Origin: an uncultured Dehalococcoidaceae bacterium
Lineage (GTDB): Bacteria; Chloroflexota; Dehalococcoidia; Dehalococcoidales; RBG-16-60-22
DNA: 52,367 nucleotides
Assembly (NCBI GenBank): GCA_964468755.1
Contig: CAYXWH010000005.1
Location: 1-52,367, forward strand
Direction: 5' to 3'
In this document: in pieces, positions 1-8,978 of the stretch
Layout: the number at the start of each line of letters is the position of its first letter
Numbering within the stretch: position 1 is the first letter of the stretch
Position numbers and translations under genes: made by a program
Notes under the pieces: model-generated
The model's database searches: none
Told to the model about the DNA's origin: nothing
Seen by the model: the letters and a program-made list of their open reading frames with translations, nothing else

Positions 1-1238
1 TCTCTGATAGTAGCCTGGTTGTCCTCCAGCGACTGAAAGTCGACGGTGACGCAGAACGGTGTGCCCAGTTCATCCTGGCGGCGGTAGCGCCGGCCGATGC
101 TCTGGGTATCGTCATACTGCACCGCCCAGCAGGAACGCAGGTCAGTGTATACGTCTTTCGCCAGTTTGGCCAGATGCTCTTTACGGCTCAGGGGCAGTAC
201 CGCTATCTTGACCGGGGCGATATCGGGGTGGAAGTGCAGCACAACTCTTAGCTCGCCCTCAGCCATTTCTTCGTCGTAGGCATCACACAGTACCGCCAGT
301 ACCGAGCGGTCAACACCGGCTGATGGCTCGATGACATAAGGCACCAGGTGTTCTTTGGTCTCATCATCATAGTAGTCCAGGCTCTTGCCACTGTATTGGG
401 AATGTTGCTTCAGGTCATAGTCGCCGCGGTTGGCGATACCCTCCAGCTCAGCCCAGCCCATCGGAAAAAGATATTCAATATCGTAGCAGGCGAGGGCATA
501 GTGTGCCAGTTCATGGTGCAGGTGCTCGCGCAGTTGCAGGTTCTCGCGCCGGATGCCCAGCTTCAGATACCAGTTAAGGCGTTCCTCGACCCAGTAATCA
601 AAGCATTCCTTATCGGTCCCCGGCTTGACGAAGTACTCGATTTCCATCTGCTCGAATTCGCGACTGCGGAAGATGAAATTGCCGGTGGTAATCTCGTTGC
701 GGAATGACTTGCCCACCTGGGCAATGCCGAAGGGCAGTCTCTTCCGGCTGGTATTGACCACGTTCTGGAAATTGACAAAAATGCCCTGAGCCGTTTCCGG
801 GCGCATGTAGACCACGCTGGCATCATCTTCAACGGGGCCCATAAATGTCTTGAACATAAGGTTGAACTGCCGGGGCTCGGTCAGTTCACCGCCGCAGGAG
901 GGGCACTGGTTTATCTCCATCTCGTCCTGGCGCCACCGCTGGTGACAGCTCTTGCACTCTACCAGCGGGTCAGAGAAACCTTCAAGGTGCCCGCTGGCTG
1001 CCCAGACCTGCGGGTGCATCAGTATGCTGGTATCCAGTCCCACCATATCATCACGCGACTGGACCATATCACGCCACCATGCCTGCTTGACATTGCGTTT
1101 CAGTTCCACGCCTATCGGGCCGTAGTCCCAGCAGCTGGACAGTCCCCCGTAGATTTCGCTGCTGGGGAAAATAAACCCGCGACGCTGGCAGAGTGATACC
1201 AGCTTTTCCATACTTACCTTGCTTTGCGCTTCCGCCAT
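1..1238 (-). CDS. glyQS: Glycine--tRNA ligase, alpha2 (eukaryote/archaea-like) type; 3' end runs off the window
   Basis: Not in the ORF track because the stop lies outside the window. Manual minus-strand translation from ATG at 1238 gives [32 protein letters not shown]...[13 protein letters not shown]...GKSFRNEIT...[12 protein letters not shown]. The start overlaps the upstream stop (TAATG); an alternative ATG lies at 1211. Confidence 0.95.
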   Translation of the reverse strand, partial: MAEAQSKVSMEKLVSLCQRRGFIFPSSEIYGGLSSCWDYGPIGVELKRNVKQAWWRDMVQSRDDMVGLDTSILMHPQVWAASGHLEGFSDPLVECKSCHQRWRQDEMEINQCPSCGGELTEPRQFNLMFKTFMGPVEDDASVVYMRPETAQGIFVNFQNVVNTSRKRLPFGIAQVGKSFRNEITTGNFIFRSREFEQMEIEYFVKPGTDKECFDYWVEERLNWYLKLGIRRENLQLREHLHHELAHYALACYDIEYLFPMGWAELEGIANRGDYDLKQHSQYSGKSLDYYDDETKEHLVPYVIEPSAGVDRSVLAVLCDAYDEEMAEGELRVVLHFHPDIAPVKIAVLPLSRKEHLAKLAKDVYTDLRSCWAVQYDDTQSIGRRYRRQDELGTPFCVTVDFQSLEDNQATIR

Positions 1239-1783
1239 TACTTTTTGCTCCTTGAAACCCGTGCCGTCGACTGGACACGTCGAATCGCTTGAAGAAAGAA
1301 TATGCCCAGGATAATTCCCCCCACCACCATAACCAGCACGGCAAATATCCAGAGGGGGATAAGGTGTATCCGGTACGCATTGTAGCTGAAAATATCGAGC
1401 ATTGCAAAGCCGAGGATTATCTGGGGCAGCGCTATCATATTGCCCATGATGGCCAGCATTATGGATACCGCACCGTTTTCTGTCGGCTGGAGCCGCGCGC
1501 TGAGACGGATGGCTACCCATACGATACCGGCTGCCAGCAGGGTCAGCAAGAACTGGGGTATGAGCAGCCAGGAAGTAATACTGGTGCGGCTCATCCACCG
1601 GTCAGGAGAGCCGTCAGTAAAATGGTAGGCAACCTCACCCGGCATCAGGGGATAGAAAAACACAACCAGGATTATCGCCATGAGTAGTATGGCTAACGGC
1701 GCGACGATGTATTTCCAGCGAAAGGCTACCGTCTTTCTTGAATCGGCTTTATCTGTTGCTTTGGTAAGGTTAATAACGACCAC
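1238..1783 (-). CDS. DUF1648-like membrane protein
   Basis: About 4 hydrophobic helices; [17 protein letters not shown] motif typical of DUF1648 proteins. Confidence 0.65.
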   Translation of the reverse strand: MVVINLTKATDKADSRKTVAFRWKYIVAPLAILLMAIILVVFFYPLMPGEVAYHFTDGSPDRWMSRTSITSWLLIPQFLLTLLAAGIVWVAIRLSARLQPTENGAVSIMLAIMGNMIALPQIILGFAMLDIFSYNAYRIHLIPLWIFAVLVMVVGGIILGIFFLQAIRRVQSTARVSRSKK

Positions 1784-1928
1784 CTGTTTGCGATTATCGA
1801 AGTTACCAATTAAAAATTATCAGCTTTGGGCGCCAATGTCAAAGGGGTGGGTCGTTCCAGCACCGTAGTTCACCTCGTTTATCGAGGACTGGCAACCGTA
1901 TTCCACACGTCTGGTTAGTTGCCACGGC

Positions 1929-2606
1929 TTACTCGAAATAGCTCTTGTCCAGGTCGGCTTCATTGGAGTAGCCGCGGCTTTCCCAGAAGCCGCGGTAGCT
2001 GGCATCATCAGACAGTTCGATTTTGGTTATCCACTTGATCCACTTGTAGCCCCACTTGCTCTCGGCAACGAGCTGGAACGGAAAGCCCCGTTCCGGCGGC
2101 AGGGCGACCTCATTCATCTTGTACGCCATGATGATGGGATTGTCCATGACGTATTCCAGAGGTAACGACGTGGTATAGCCGTCATAGGCGTGAAAGATAA
2201 CGGTATTTGCCTCCGGTAGTGCTTGTGACCTGTTTATCAGGTCGCTGACCAGTATCCCTTCCCACAGGATATTGACACTCCACCCCTCCACGCACTCGAG
2301 CCTGACGACCTTCCGGTAACGCTGGTTGTTGTCCAGCACCTGGTCATAGCTGTAGGTCTGCGGGCTTGCCACCACACCGGTAACGGAGAGCCGGTAGCTT
2401 GCCCCATCGACGTTCTGGGGGCCCTTGATGGAGTTCTCCCGGAAATCATTGATTGAGGACAGTTTTTCACCCTGGTATTCCCTGACTTCGACGCCCTCCA
2501 GTTCCTCAACGTCGCTGGTATCTGACCCGAACATGGTGCATCCGGTAACCAGGGCGGTGATTAGCATTACCAGAGCCGTAAAACCGATAGTTATCCTCCT
2601 CCTCAC
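1929..2606 (-). CDS. Molybdopterin-dependent oxidoreductase (sulfite oxidase/MsrP-like Oxidored_molyb domain), predicted lipoprotein
   Basis: Moco-ligand Cys in LECVEGW; LPPERGFPFQLV and GYKWIKWITKIE motifs; lipobox LVTGC. Confidence 0.85.
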   Translation of the reverse strand: MRRRITIGFTALVMLITALVTGCTMFGSDTSDVEELEGVEVREYQGEKLSSINDFRENSIKGPQNVDGASYRLSVTGVVASPQTYSYDQVLDNNQRYRKVVRLECVEGWSVNILWEGILVSDLINRSQALPEANTVIFHAYDGYTTSLPLEYVMDNPIIMAYKMNEVALPPERGFPFQLVAESKWGYKWIKWITKIELSDDASYRGFWESRGYSNEADLDKSYFE

Positions 2607-2632
2607 GGCACTCCTCCTCGTTTATAATATCA

Positions 2633-2815
2633 CTATCTTATTCCAAACCTGCGCAGTCGGTTACAAGCTTCTTTTTTCTCCTGTAAACCGATTGTTGTCC
2701 GGTTGATAGCGCGGGAGAGCAGCTCAATGCTCTGGTCATAGGTCTTTCTATCCACGGGATAGGGGATACCGTCCTTGCCGCCGTGGGCAATGTCGGCGAT
2801 GGTGGGGGTATTCAT
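2633..2815 (-). pseudogene. DUF763-family remnant (60 aa), probable internal deletion
   Basis: AHGGKDGIPYPVDRKTYDQSIELL resembles the C-terminal signature of DUF763 proteins, which are usually several hundred aa; GGGAGG Shine-Dalgarno upstream. Confidence 0.6.
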
Positions 2816-2835
2816 GGCGTTTCAGCCTCCCCGTG

Positions 2836-3072
2836 TTAGAGGCCGCAGGTACTGCAACTGGAAGAACTGCAGCCGGAGCAGGGACTCCTTGTGCCGCCAA
2901 CCGGGACGGAGAGCCCCGATTCATCGGTGGTATAGGAGGCAAAGGTGGAAATCTTACGTTTTGCCGGCTTCTGGCAACGAGGACAGGGAGCCGCCTCGTT
3001 AGCCTGGCTCAACGGGCGAATGTGCTCGAACTCAAGGTCACACTCCGGGCAGTGGTATTCATAGAGTGGCAT
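2836..3072 (-). CDS. FmdB-family zinc-ribbon protein
   Basis: MPLYEYHCPEC...CPRC, plus C-terminal CSGCSSSSCSTC. Confidence 0.85.
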   Translation of the reverse strand: MPLYEYHCPECDLEFEHIRPLSQANEAAPCPRCQKPAKRKISTFASYTTDESGLSVPVGGTRSPCSGCSSSSCSTCGL

Positions 3073-3090
3073 ATTCTCCCTCCTCTTTTA

Positions 3091-3120
3091 ATTGTACCGG
3101 GGGCAGCCAGAGCCAGTCAA
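3091..3120 (-). promoter_or_regulatory. Sigma70-type promoter of the FmdB gene
   Basis: TTGACT-N17-TACAAT followed by GAGGAGGG Shine-Dalgarno. Confidence 0.7.
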
Positions 3121-3193
3121 GTAAGGGATGTATACCACTGAAGCCGAGCCGCGACTATGCGCTGCGGAACGCTGTCATTATTTTGCTTTTTGC

Positions 3194-3202
3194 TGATATA
3201 AT
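3194..3202 (+). promoter_or_regulatory. Extended -10 promoter of xth
   Basis: TGaTATAAT. Confidence 0.55.
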
Positions 3203-3235
3203 GAAACTACCTCGTATATGTTGGGGGTGATAGGC

Positions 3236-4018
3236 ATGAAGGAGATGACCCTGTTTTCCTGGAACGTCAACGGTGTCCGGGCAGCGCGGGCAAAGGGCTT
3301 CCTGGAATGGCTGTACCGGGAGTCACCGGACATACTATGCCTTCAGGAGACCAAGGCGCGCCCGGAGCAGCTCGATGCGGAATTGCTGGAGCCGCCCGGC
3401 TATCATACGTACTGGAATTATCCCCGGGAAATCAAGGGGTTTAGCGGGGTGGCGACGTTTACCGGGCAAAGTCCGCTTGATGTTCAGTATGATTTTAATG
3501 TTGCCGGTTTTGACACCGAGGGTAGAGTGCTGGTAACGGAGTACCCCGAATTTGTTTTGTTCAATATATATTTCCCCAACGGTAAGAGAAACGCGGAACG
3601 TCTTCGATACAAGATGGATTTTTATAACGTGTTTCTTGATTTCGCCGATGGATTAAAGGCGGCGGGGAAGAAAGTGGTCATCTGCGGGGACGTTAACACC
3701 GCTCACCGGGAAATAGACCTTGCCCGGCCCAAAGAGAATGAAAAGGTCTCCGGCTTCCTGCCCATGGAGAGAGAGTGGATCGACAAGTTTATTTCCCACG
3801 GTTATGTCGATACCTTCCGTCACTTCAACCATGAGCCGGACCAGTACACCTGGTGGGATTTGAAGTCAGGAGCCCGGGCGAGGAACGTTGGCTGGCGGCT
3901 TGATTACTTCTTCGTCAGCGAAGAGCTGCTGCCTTCAGTTGCCCGGGTGTTTATCCTGTCCGAAGTCATGGGTTCAGACCACTGCCCGGTGGGGATTACC
4001 TTGAAGCTATCAGCTTGA
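3236..4018 (+). CDS. xth: Exodeoxyribonuclease III / AP endonuclease
   Basis: SWNVNG, CLQETK, GDVNTAH, WRLDYF and GSDHCP motifs; likely start 3236 (ORF opens at 3218). Confidence 0.95.
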   Translation: MKEMTLFSWNVNGVRAARAKGFLEWLYRESPDILCLQETKARPEQLDAELLEPPGYHTYWNYPREIKGFSGVATFTGQSPLDVQYDFNVAGFDTEGRVLVTEYPEFVLFNIYFPNGKRNAERLRYKMDFYNVFLDFADGLKAAGKKVVICGDVNTAHREIDLARPKENEKVSGFLPMEREWIDKFISHGYVDTFRHFNHEPDQYTWWDLKSGARARNVGWRLDYFFVSEELLPSVARVFILSEVMGSDHCPVGITLKLSA

Positions 4019-4646
4019 GCCCGCTCACCACATCGTTAAGGTCAGCAAAGGGTGTACAGTCGAGTCCTTCCCGTTTACATTGCTCCAGCAGGTCGCCGGT
4101 GGCGAAGACATGGTGAGCCAGTCGCGCCGAGTAGATATCGGAAGCGCCGTTACCCACATAGACGAGATAATAACCCTGTTCCAGGAAAAGCCTGGTGTAT
4201 GCCTCTTTGAATCCTTCTTCCAGTATGGCGCCGTCCGGTCCAGTATAGTTAACTTCCATGCCATCCGCGCGGAACCGGCTCCGGGCAGCGAATGCCTTCA
4301 CCCGGTCAATGCCCAGTCGGGACAGGAGGGCGTCGATGTAGAAGTCCTGCCCGTTGCTGACGATGACAAATTCCAGCCCGTGCTGAGCGCAGTAGTTGAG
4401 CAGTTCGGAGAAGCCGGGTCGCATTTTTACCTCGGGGCTGTTCAGGACGAAGTCGATGACGGTATTCCGGTCAGCTTTAATCATGGCAAACGCCTTTCGG
4501 TTAAACGCCCCGACCGATATCCGGCCCTCATTATATTCTTTCAGCATCCACCTCCAGCTCCGGTCGGTGAAGGCGTCCAGCAGCAGGAAACTCACGTCCT
4601 TCTCGGTAATGGTGCCGTCGAAATCGCATTGGACCAGGGTTTTCAT
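3996..4646 (-). CDS. HAD-IB phosphatase, MtnX-like
   Basis: CDFDGTIT motif I, IVSNG, VGNGASD; 3' end overlaps the xth 3' end by 23 bp. Confidence 0.8.
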   Translation of the reverse strand: MKTLVQCDFDGTITEKDVSFLLLDAFTDRSWRWMLKEYNEGRISVGAFNRKAFAMIKADRNTVIDFVLNSPEVKMRPGFSELLNYCAQHGLEFVIVSNGQDFYIDALLSRLGIDRVKAFAARSRFRADGMEVNYTGPDGAILEEGFKEAYTRLFLEQGYYLVYVGNGASDIYSARLAHHVFATGDLLEQCKREGLDCTPFADLNDVVSGLKLIASR

Positions 4647-4791
4647 AGTATCGTTAATAGCTCCTTTTGGTGTTGCTCTCCCGTTTCAATATATCGAAAT
4701 GGGGGGGAGGGGGTCAAGCGGGGCGCCTTCATTGAAAGTCGGCTGTTGCCGGTGCTAGAATGAACTGAGAACGTGGCGGAGGGGGTCCAGG

Positions 4792-5520
4792 TTGGCAGAC
4801 TACCATATCGGTACTTCCGGCTGGCACTACGCGGACTGGCGGGGCCGGTTCTATCCGGAAAAGCTGCCCATGACACAATGGCTGGAATTCTACGCCGGTC
4901 ATTTCAGCACGGTCGAGCTCAATAACAGTTTTTACCGCCTGCCGACAGTGAACGCCTTTGCCGGCTGGCGCGAAGCGGTAACCGCCGGTTTTACCTTCGC
5001 GGTAAAGGTGAGCCGGTTTATTACCCACATCAAGCGACTGAAAGGCGTTGAGGAACCGATGGAAAGCTTTATCTCCCGGGCGCGGAATTTAAATGAGAAG
5101 CTGGGCCCGCTTTTGTACCAGCTGCCGCCCAATCTGCACCGCAATGACGATTTACTGGAGTCTTTCCTGCGGACTCTGCCCGGGGGAATGAAGCACGTGA
5201 TTGAGTTCCGGCACCAGTCCTGGCTTGATGATGAGGTCTTTGCTGTTTTGCGCCGGCACAATATCGGTCTCTGTATCTTCGATATGCCTGCATTGCGTTG
5301 CCCTTTAGCCGCGACGACTGACTTTGCCTATATCCGTTTTCACGGGAGCGGCAGCCTGTACTCAGGCTGTTACCCGGACGAGGAGCTTGCCGACTGGGCG
5401 GGGAGCATAGCGCAGCTGGCTGACGGGTTGAAGGAAGTCTATATATATTTTAACAATGATGTTGCCGGGTATGCGGTGAGAAACGCATTCACCCTGCGGG
5501 ACTACCTGCAAAAACAGTAA
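4792..5520 (+). CDS. DUF72 (YecE-like) protein
   Basis: IGTSGWHY, TVELNNSFY, FAVKVSRFITH, LYQLPP, YIRFHG, YFNND motifs. Confidence 0.9.
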   Translation: MADYHIGTSGWHYADWRGRFYPEKLPMTQWLEFYAGHFSTVELNNSFYRLPTVNAFAGWREAVTAGFTFAVKVSRFITHIKRLKGVEEPMESFISRARNLNEKLGPLLYQLPPNLHRNDDLLESFLRTLPGGMKHVIEFRHQSWLDDEVFAVLRRHNIGLCIFDMPALRCPLAATTDFAYIRFHGSGSLYSGCYPDEELADWAGSIAQLADGLKEVYIYFNNDVAGYAVRNAFTLRDYLQKQ

Positions 5521-5531
5521 GGGAGGGAACC

Positions 5532-6353
5532 TTGGCACCGAACCATTATAAACTTCTGGTGATAGATATTGACGGCACTCTGGTGGGCAGCAGCCGGCGG
5601 ATATCCGACGAGAATAAGAGAGCCCTGGCCAAAGCCCGTAAGTCCGGGGTTCGCGTTGCCTTGTCCACCGGACGCTCCCTGAAGTCCAGCTTGGGTATTA
5701 GCAAGGAGCTTTCGCTGGACAGCTACCACATATTCTTTGACGGGGCTCTGGTGAGTAGTATCGACCTCGCTGAGGAAATTTACGTGCAACCCATCGACAG
5801 GGCGGTCGTGCGGCGGATGGTGGAGTTTGCTCGGTCGCATGCCATTGACCTTGAGCTTTTTACCACCACGCGCTATTTTTCGGAACGGGAGACATGGTCT
5901 ACCGGGGCGCACCGCCGGTTTTTTGGTCTGGAGGCGACCATCACCGATTTTGACGGGCTCTGGGAACAGGAACGCATTGTCAAGGGCGGTCTGGTGACGG
6001 CAAGTTCCGATGAAGAGACCAAGGCAACACTTTTCCGTACTCACTTGGCTGACAGCATTCATTTCTCCCAGGCGCGGACACCGGCATTCCCCGGAGTTGT
6101 TTTCAATAACCTGCTGGCACCGCAGGTCTCCAAGGGGAGGGCGCTGGAAGCCCTCGCCGCACATCTGGGGTTGTCTCTGGACGAGGTAATGGCGGTCGGT
6201 GACGGCAGTAATGATATCTCGTTGCTGGCGACCGCCGGTCTGGCGGTGGCGATGGGTAACGCCCGCGACGAGCTCAAGGCACTGGCCGACTTCGTGACGG
6301 GGGATGTCGAGCATAACGGTCTGGCTGAAGTGATTGTCCGGTTCCTGTTATGA
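5532..6353 (+). CDS. Cof-type HAD-IIB hydrolase
   Basis: DIDGTL, STGR, SKG, VGDGSND, AMGNA motifs. Confidence 0.9.
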   Translation: MAPNHYKLLVIDIDGTLVGSSRRISDENKRALAKARKSGVRVALSTGRSLKSSLGISKELSLDSYHIFFDGALVSSIDLAEEIYVQPIDRAVVRRMVEFARSHAIDLELFTTTRYFSERETWSTGAHRRFFGLEATITDFDGLWEQERIVKGGLVTASSDEETKATLFRTHLADSIHFSQARTPAFPGVVFNNLLAPQVSKGRALEALAAHLGLSLDEVMAVGDGSNDISLLATAGLAVAMGNARDELKALADFVTGDVEHNGLAEVIVRFLL

Positions 6354-6360
6354 TGCGTGG

Positions 6361-7134
6361 CTATTTTACCGAGCTGAGGTACATGCAGATAGCCCCGCTG
6401 GCAGCCACGTTCAGTGATTCTGCTTTATCCCGCTCGGTGGGGATTCGAAAGCGGTAGTCGGCAGCACCAAGCAGTTGCGGAGAGAGACCGGCAGCCTCGT
6501 TGCCCAGCGCCAGCAGGAGCGGTTCGGAGCGATGCATGACCGAGGGGTCAGGCTTGCCGTTGAGGGCGGCAGCAACCAAAAAATAGCCGTCTTTTTGCAG
6601 TGCCTGCACCAGTTCCAGGTAGCCGGAGGTTCTTCGCAGCCAGACCGAGAGTATCGTCCCCGCCGTCGCCTGAACGCACTTGGGGGAGAAGGGGTCGGCG
6701 CTTTTTTCGGTCAGGATAACCCCGCTAAAATCAAAGGCAGCGGCGGTGCGGATAAGGGTGCCCACGTTACCCGGGTCCTGAATATCTTCCAGCAGCAGGA
6801 TTTTACGGCCGGGCTTCCCGGGCAACCGGTTTGAGTAGGCTTCCGGGGGCAGGCTGACTACCGCCATGGTTCCCTGCGGGGTCCGCGTGTGGCAGATTTT
6901 GTCGAGCTGGCTGCCGGTGATAGTCCGCGCCGGATAGTGACGGTACTCAGGCGGTGGTTCGTTCACCGTTATAATTTCAATGAGTGCATCCGGGTGACTG
7001 GTCATCACCTGCCGGATAGCCCGCTCGCCTTCAATGATGAAGGCTCCGGCTTCCCGCCGGGCTTTCCGGGTAGCCAGTTGCTTATACCACTTGAGTGGCT
7101 TAAGCGGGTAATTATGACTGTCGGCGGTATTCAT
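6361..7134 (-). CDS. TrmH/SpoU-family RNA methyltransferase
   Basis: LEDIQDPGNVGTLIRTA, LGNEAAGL, ESLNVAAS motifs. Confidence 0.9.
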   Translation of the reverse strand: MNTADSHNYPLKPLKWYKQLATRKARREAGAFIIEGERAIRQVMTSHPDALIEIITVNEPPPEYRHYPARTITGSQLDKICHTRTPQGTMAVVSLPPEAYSNRLPGKPGRKILLLEDIQDPGNVGTLIRTAAAFDFSGVILTEKSADPFSPKCVQATAGTILSVWLRRTSGYLELVQALQKDGYFLVAAALNGKPDPSVMHRSEPLLLALGNEAAGLSPQLLGAADYRFRIPTERDKAESLNVAASGAICMYLSSVK

Positions 7135-7312
7135 TCTGTATTTAATTCATCATGAGGTGTTAAAAGGTGCGTTCGGTTATTGTTTCGTATTGGCGATTCA
7201 TCATTGTTTACGGCTCCGGATGGTTGCCGGTCACGGCGTCATGGGCTGCCCGGTTGCTGGTGGGTGGCAATGGCCGGTCGGGGTTGGAATGGGTGCCGGT
7301 AACAGGTCGTGT

Positions 7313-7588
7313 TCACGATTCCTTCTTGTTTTTTTTGGCTATTTTGGCTTCGGCTTTGGCTCTTTTCTTCTCCGCCTTGAGTCGGCTGGTTTCAACAGTG
7401 TCCTGCCAGGTGGGTGCCGCTGTCGGTTCCGGTGCTGAGGAGGCGGCTGACCCGGTCTTCCGCCTTCGAACTCGTTCAATTATAAACATGCCCAAATACC
7501 GCCCGAAGTAACCGATAAAGCCAGCGGCAAATGCCAGCGCTACCCATTTCAGAATATTGACCAGCTGGCTATCCCCGAAAATTTCCAT
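7313..7588 (-). CDS. Small single-pass membrane protein, hypothetical
   Basis: One hydrophobic helix and a basic C-terminus; has its own promoter. Confidence 0.6.
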   Translation of the reverse strand: MEIFGDSQLVNILKWVALAFAAGFIGYFGRYLGMFIIERVRRRKTGSAASSAPEPTAAPTWQDTVETSRLKAEKKRAKAEAKIAKKNKKES

Positions 7589-7640
7589 TATCCCGGTACC
7601 TTATATTCATTTCATCCTGGCAACATTCCCGGCTAATAGA

Positions 7641-7669
7641 ATACTAAAGAGCTTGTCTATCCTTGTCAA
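7641..7669 (-). promoter_or_regulatory. Sigma70-type promoter of the 91-aa gene
   Basis: TTGACA-N17-TAGTAT. Confidence 0.6.
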
Positions 7670-7686
7670 GAAACAGTGTCGGACTA

Positions 7687-7716
7687 TTGACCGGACGGGT
7701 TCCGGTTCTATATAAT
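7687..7716 (+). promoter_or_regulatory. Sigma70-type promoter of the dodecin gene (divergent pair)
   Basis: TTGACC-N18-TATAAT. Confidence 0.6.
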
Positions 7717-7757
7717 ACAGCACCGTAACTAACTGCTTGGTGAGAAAGGAGGCAGGC

Positions 7758-7976
7758 ATGGCTGATAGCGTCTATAAGTTTATTGATCTGGTGGGCACCA
7801 GCCCGGAGTCATGGGAGAAAGCCGCCGCCGCTACGGTGGAGATGGCAGCCAGGACATTACGTGACCTGCGTATTGCCGAGGTGGTCGAACTGGATATGCA
7901 GCTGGAAAATGGCAAAATTCGATGCTACCGCGCCAAGGTGAGGCTATCCTTCAAGGTTGAGGAAAAGGTAGCCTGA
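7758..7976 (+). CDS. Dodecin-family protein
   Basis: VYKFIDLVGTSPESWEKAA...YRAKVRLSFK; AAGGAGG Shine-Dalgarno before ATG at 7758. Confidence 0.85.
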   Translation: MADSVYKFIDLVGTSPESWEKAAAATVEMAARTLRDLRIAEVVELDMQLENGKIRCYRAKVRLSFKVEEKVA

Positions 7977-7997
7977 TAGCTCAATCAGCCCGTTGTA

Positions 7998-8972
7998 TTA
8001 TTTGTGCAGCTCGATAATATCACCGTCCTGCAGGACGTGGTCTCTTTTAGCCATAATGCCGTCGTGCTTGGCAGAACCCCAGATGCGGGCATACCTCATT
8101 TTGGCAGCGAAATCCTTATGCACGGAAGTAGCGGCATCGCCTACGGTGCTTCCCGCCTCCAGGACTATGGGGTCGCTGTAGTCGGGCTTATGTCCGGGTG
8201 CCTTGGTGTAGACCCGAATAACACATAGTGTCTCCAGTATCCTGCGCTTTAATTCCTCCAGACCGGCCCCGGTCAGTGTCGAGATGGCGATGATGGGTAG
8301 TTGGTCGCGGTACCTGGCTTCCAGGGTGCGGTAGTGCTCACCACTGTCGAGGTCAGCTTTGTTGCTCACTATCAGCGCCTTTTTATAGTTGACCGAGGAT
8401 TCATCGGACTCGATGGCGCCCGGTCTTATTCTTATTCGTATTCGCTCCAGCTGATTTATAATGGTCTCCATCTGCTCCCGCGGTGAGCTGCTCAGGTCGA
8501 TGACAACCATAAGGGCATCAGCCCGCCGGATGATGTTAGCCAGCCACCACTCGGGTAGTTGCTCGGTCAGTGGCGGGGTGTCTATGAGCTGTATCTGGAT
8601 ATTCTCGAACGGCATCATGCCCGGGGTAGCGTTGCCGGTGGTAAAGGGATAGGGCGCCACGGTGGGGGTGGCTTTGGTCAGACTGCTGACCAGCTGGGAC
8701 TTGCCGGAATTGGGCAGCCCGATTACCGCTACCTGGGCGGCGCCAACCTTCTCAATGGTCATGGATGCCCGCTGGGTGGCTGATTTCTTGTCCAGCGACT
8801 GGGTCATCTTGGCGATTTTGGTCCTCAGCTCCGCCCGGAGGTGGTCAGTGCCCTTGTGCTTGGGCATCACCGCCAGCATTTCCTCCAGGGCGGCTATCTT
8901 TTCCAGCGGGCTTTTGGCGGCCCGGTAATTCTTTTCGGCTTCAAAATACGCTGGCGTTAAATTGGCTGGCAT
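7998..8972 (-). CDS. DRG/OBG-family GTPase with C-terminal TGS domain
   Basis: PKHKGTDHL N-terminus, G1 GLPNSGKS, G2 YPFTT, G4 NKAD; TGS segment IRVYTK...DHVLQDGDIIELH. Confidence 0.9.
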   Translation of the reverse strand: MPANLTPAYFEAEKNYRAAKSPLEKIAALEEMLAVMPKHKGTDHLRAELRTKIAKMTQSLDKKSATQRASMTIEKVGAAQVAVIGLPNSGKSQLVSSLTKATPTVAPYPFTTGNATPGMMPFENIQIQLIDTPPLTEQLPEWWLANIIRRADALMVVIDLSSSPREQMETIINQLERIRIRIRPGAIESDESSVNYKKALIVSNKADLDSGEHYRTLEARYRDQLPIIAISTLTGAGLEELKRRILETLCVIRVYTKAPGHKPDYSDPIVLEAGSTVGDAATSVHKDFAAKMRYARIWGSAKHDGIMAKRDHVLQDGDIIELHK

Positions 8973-8978
8973 GGCTGA

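Noticed and set aside
97-1407. Several 60-119 aa ORFs on both strands
   Set aside because: They are shadows of glyQS, which occupies the minus strand from 1238 to the window edge
3996-4018. 23-bp 3' overlap of xth and the HAD phosphatase as antisense regulation
   Set aside because: Short convergent overlaps are common in compact genomes; no further evidence
4080-6314. Long antisense ORFs (227 aa at 4080-4763; 270 aa at 5502-6314)
   Set aside because: They lie opposite well-supported HAD genes and have no motifs or Shine-Dalgarno; stop-poor antisense frames are expected at this GC content
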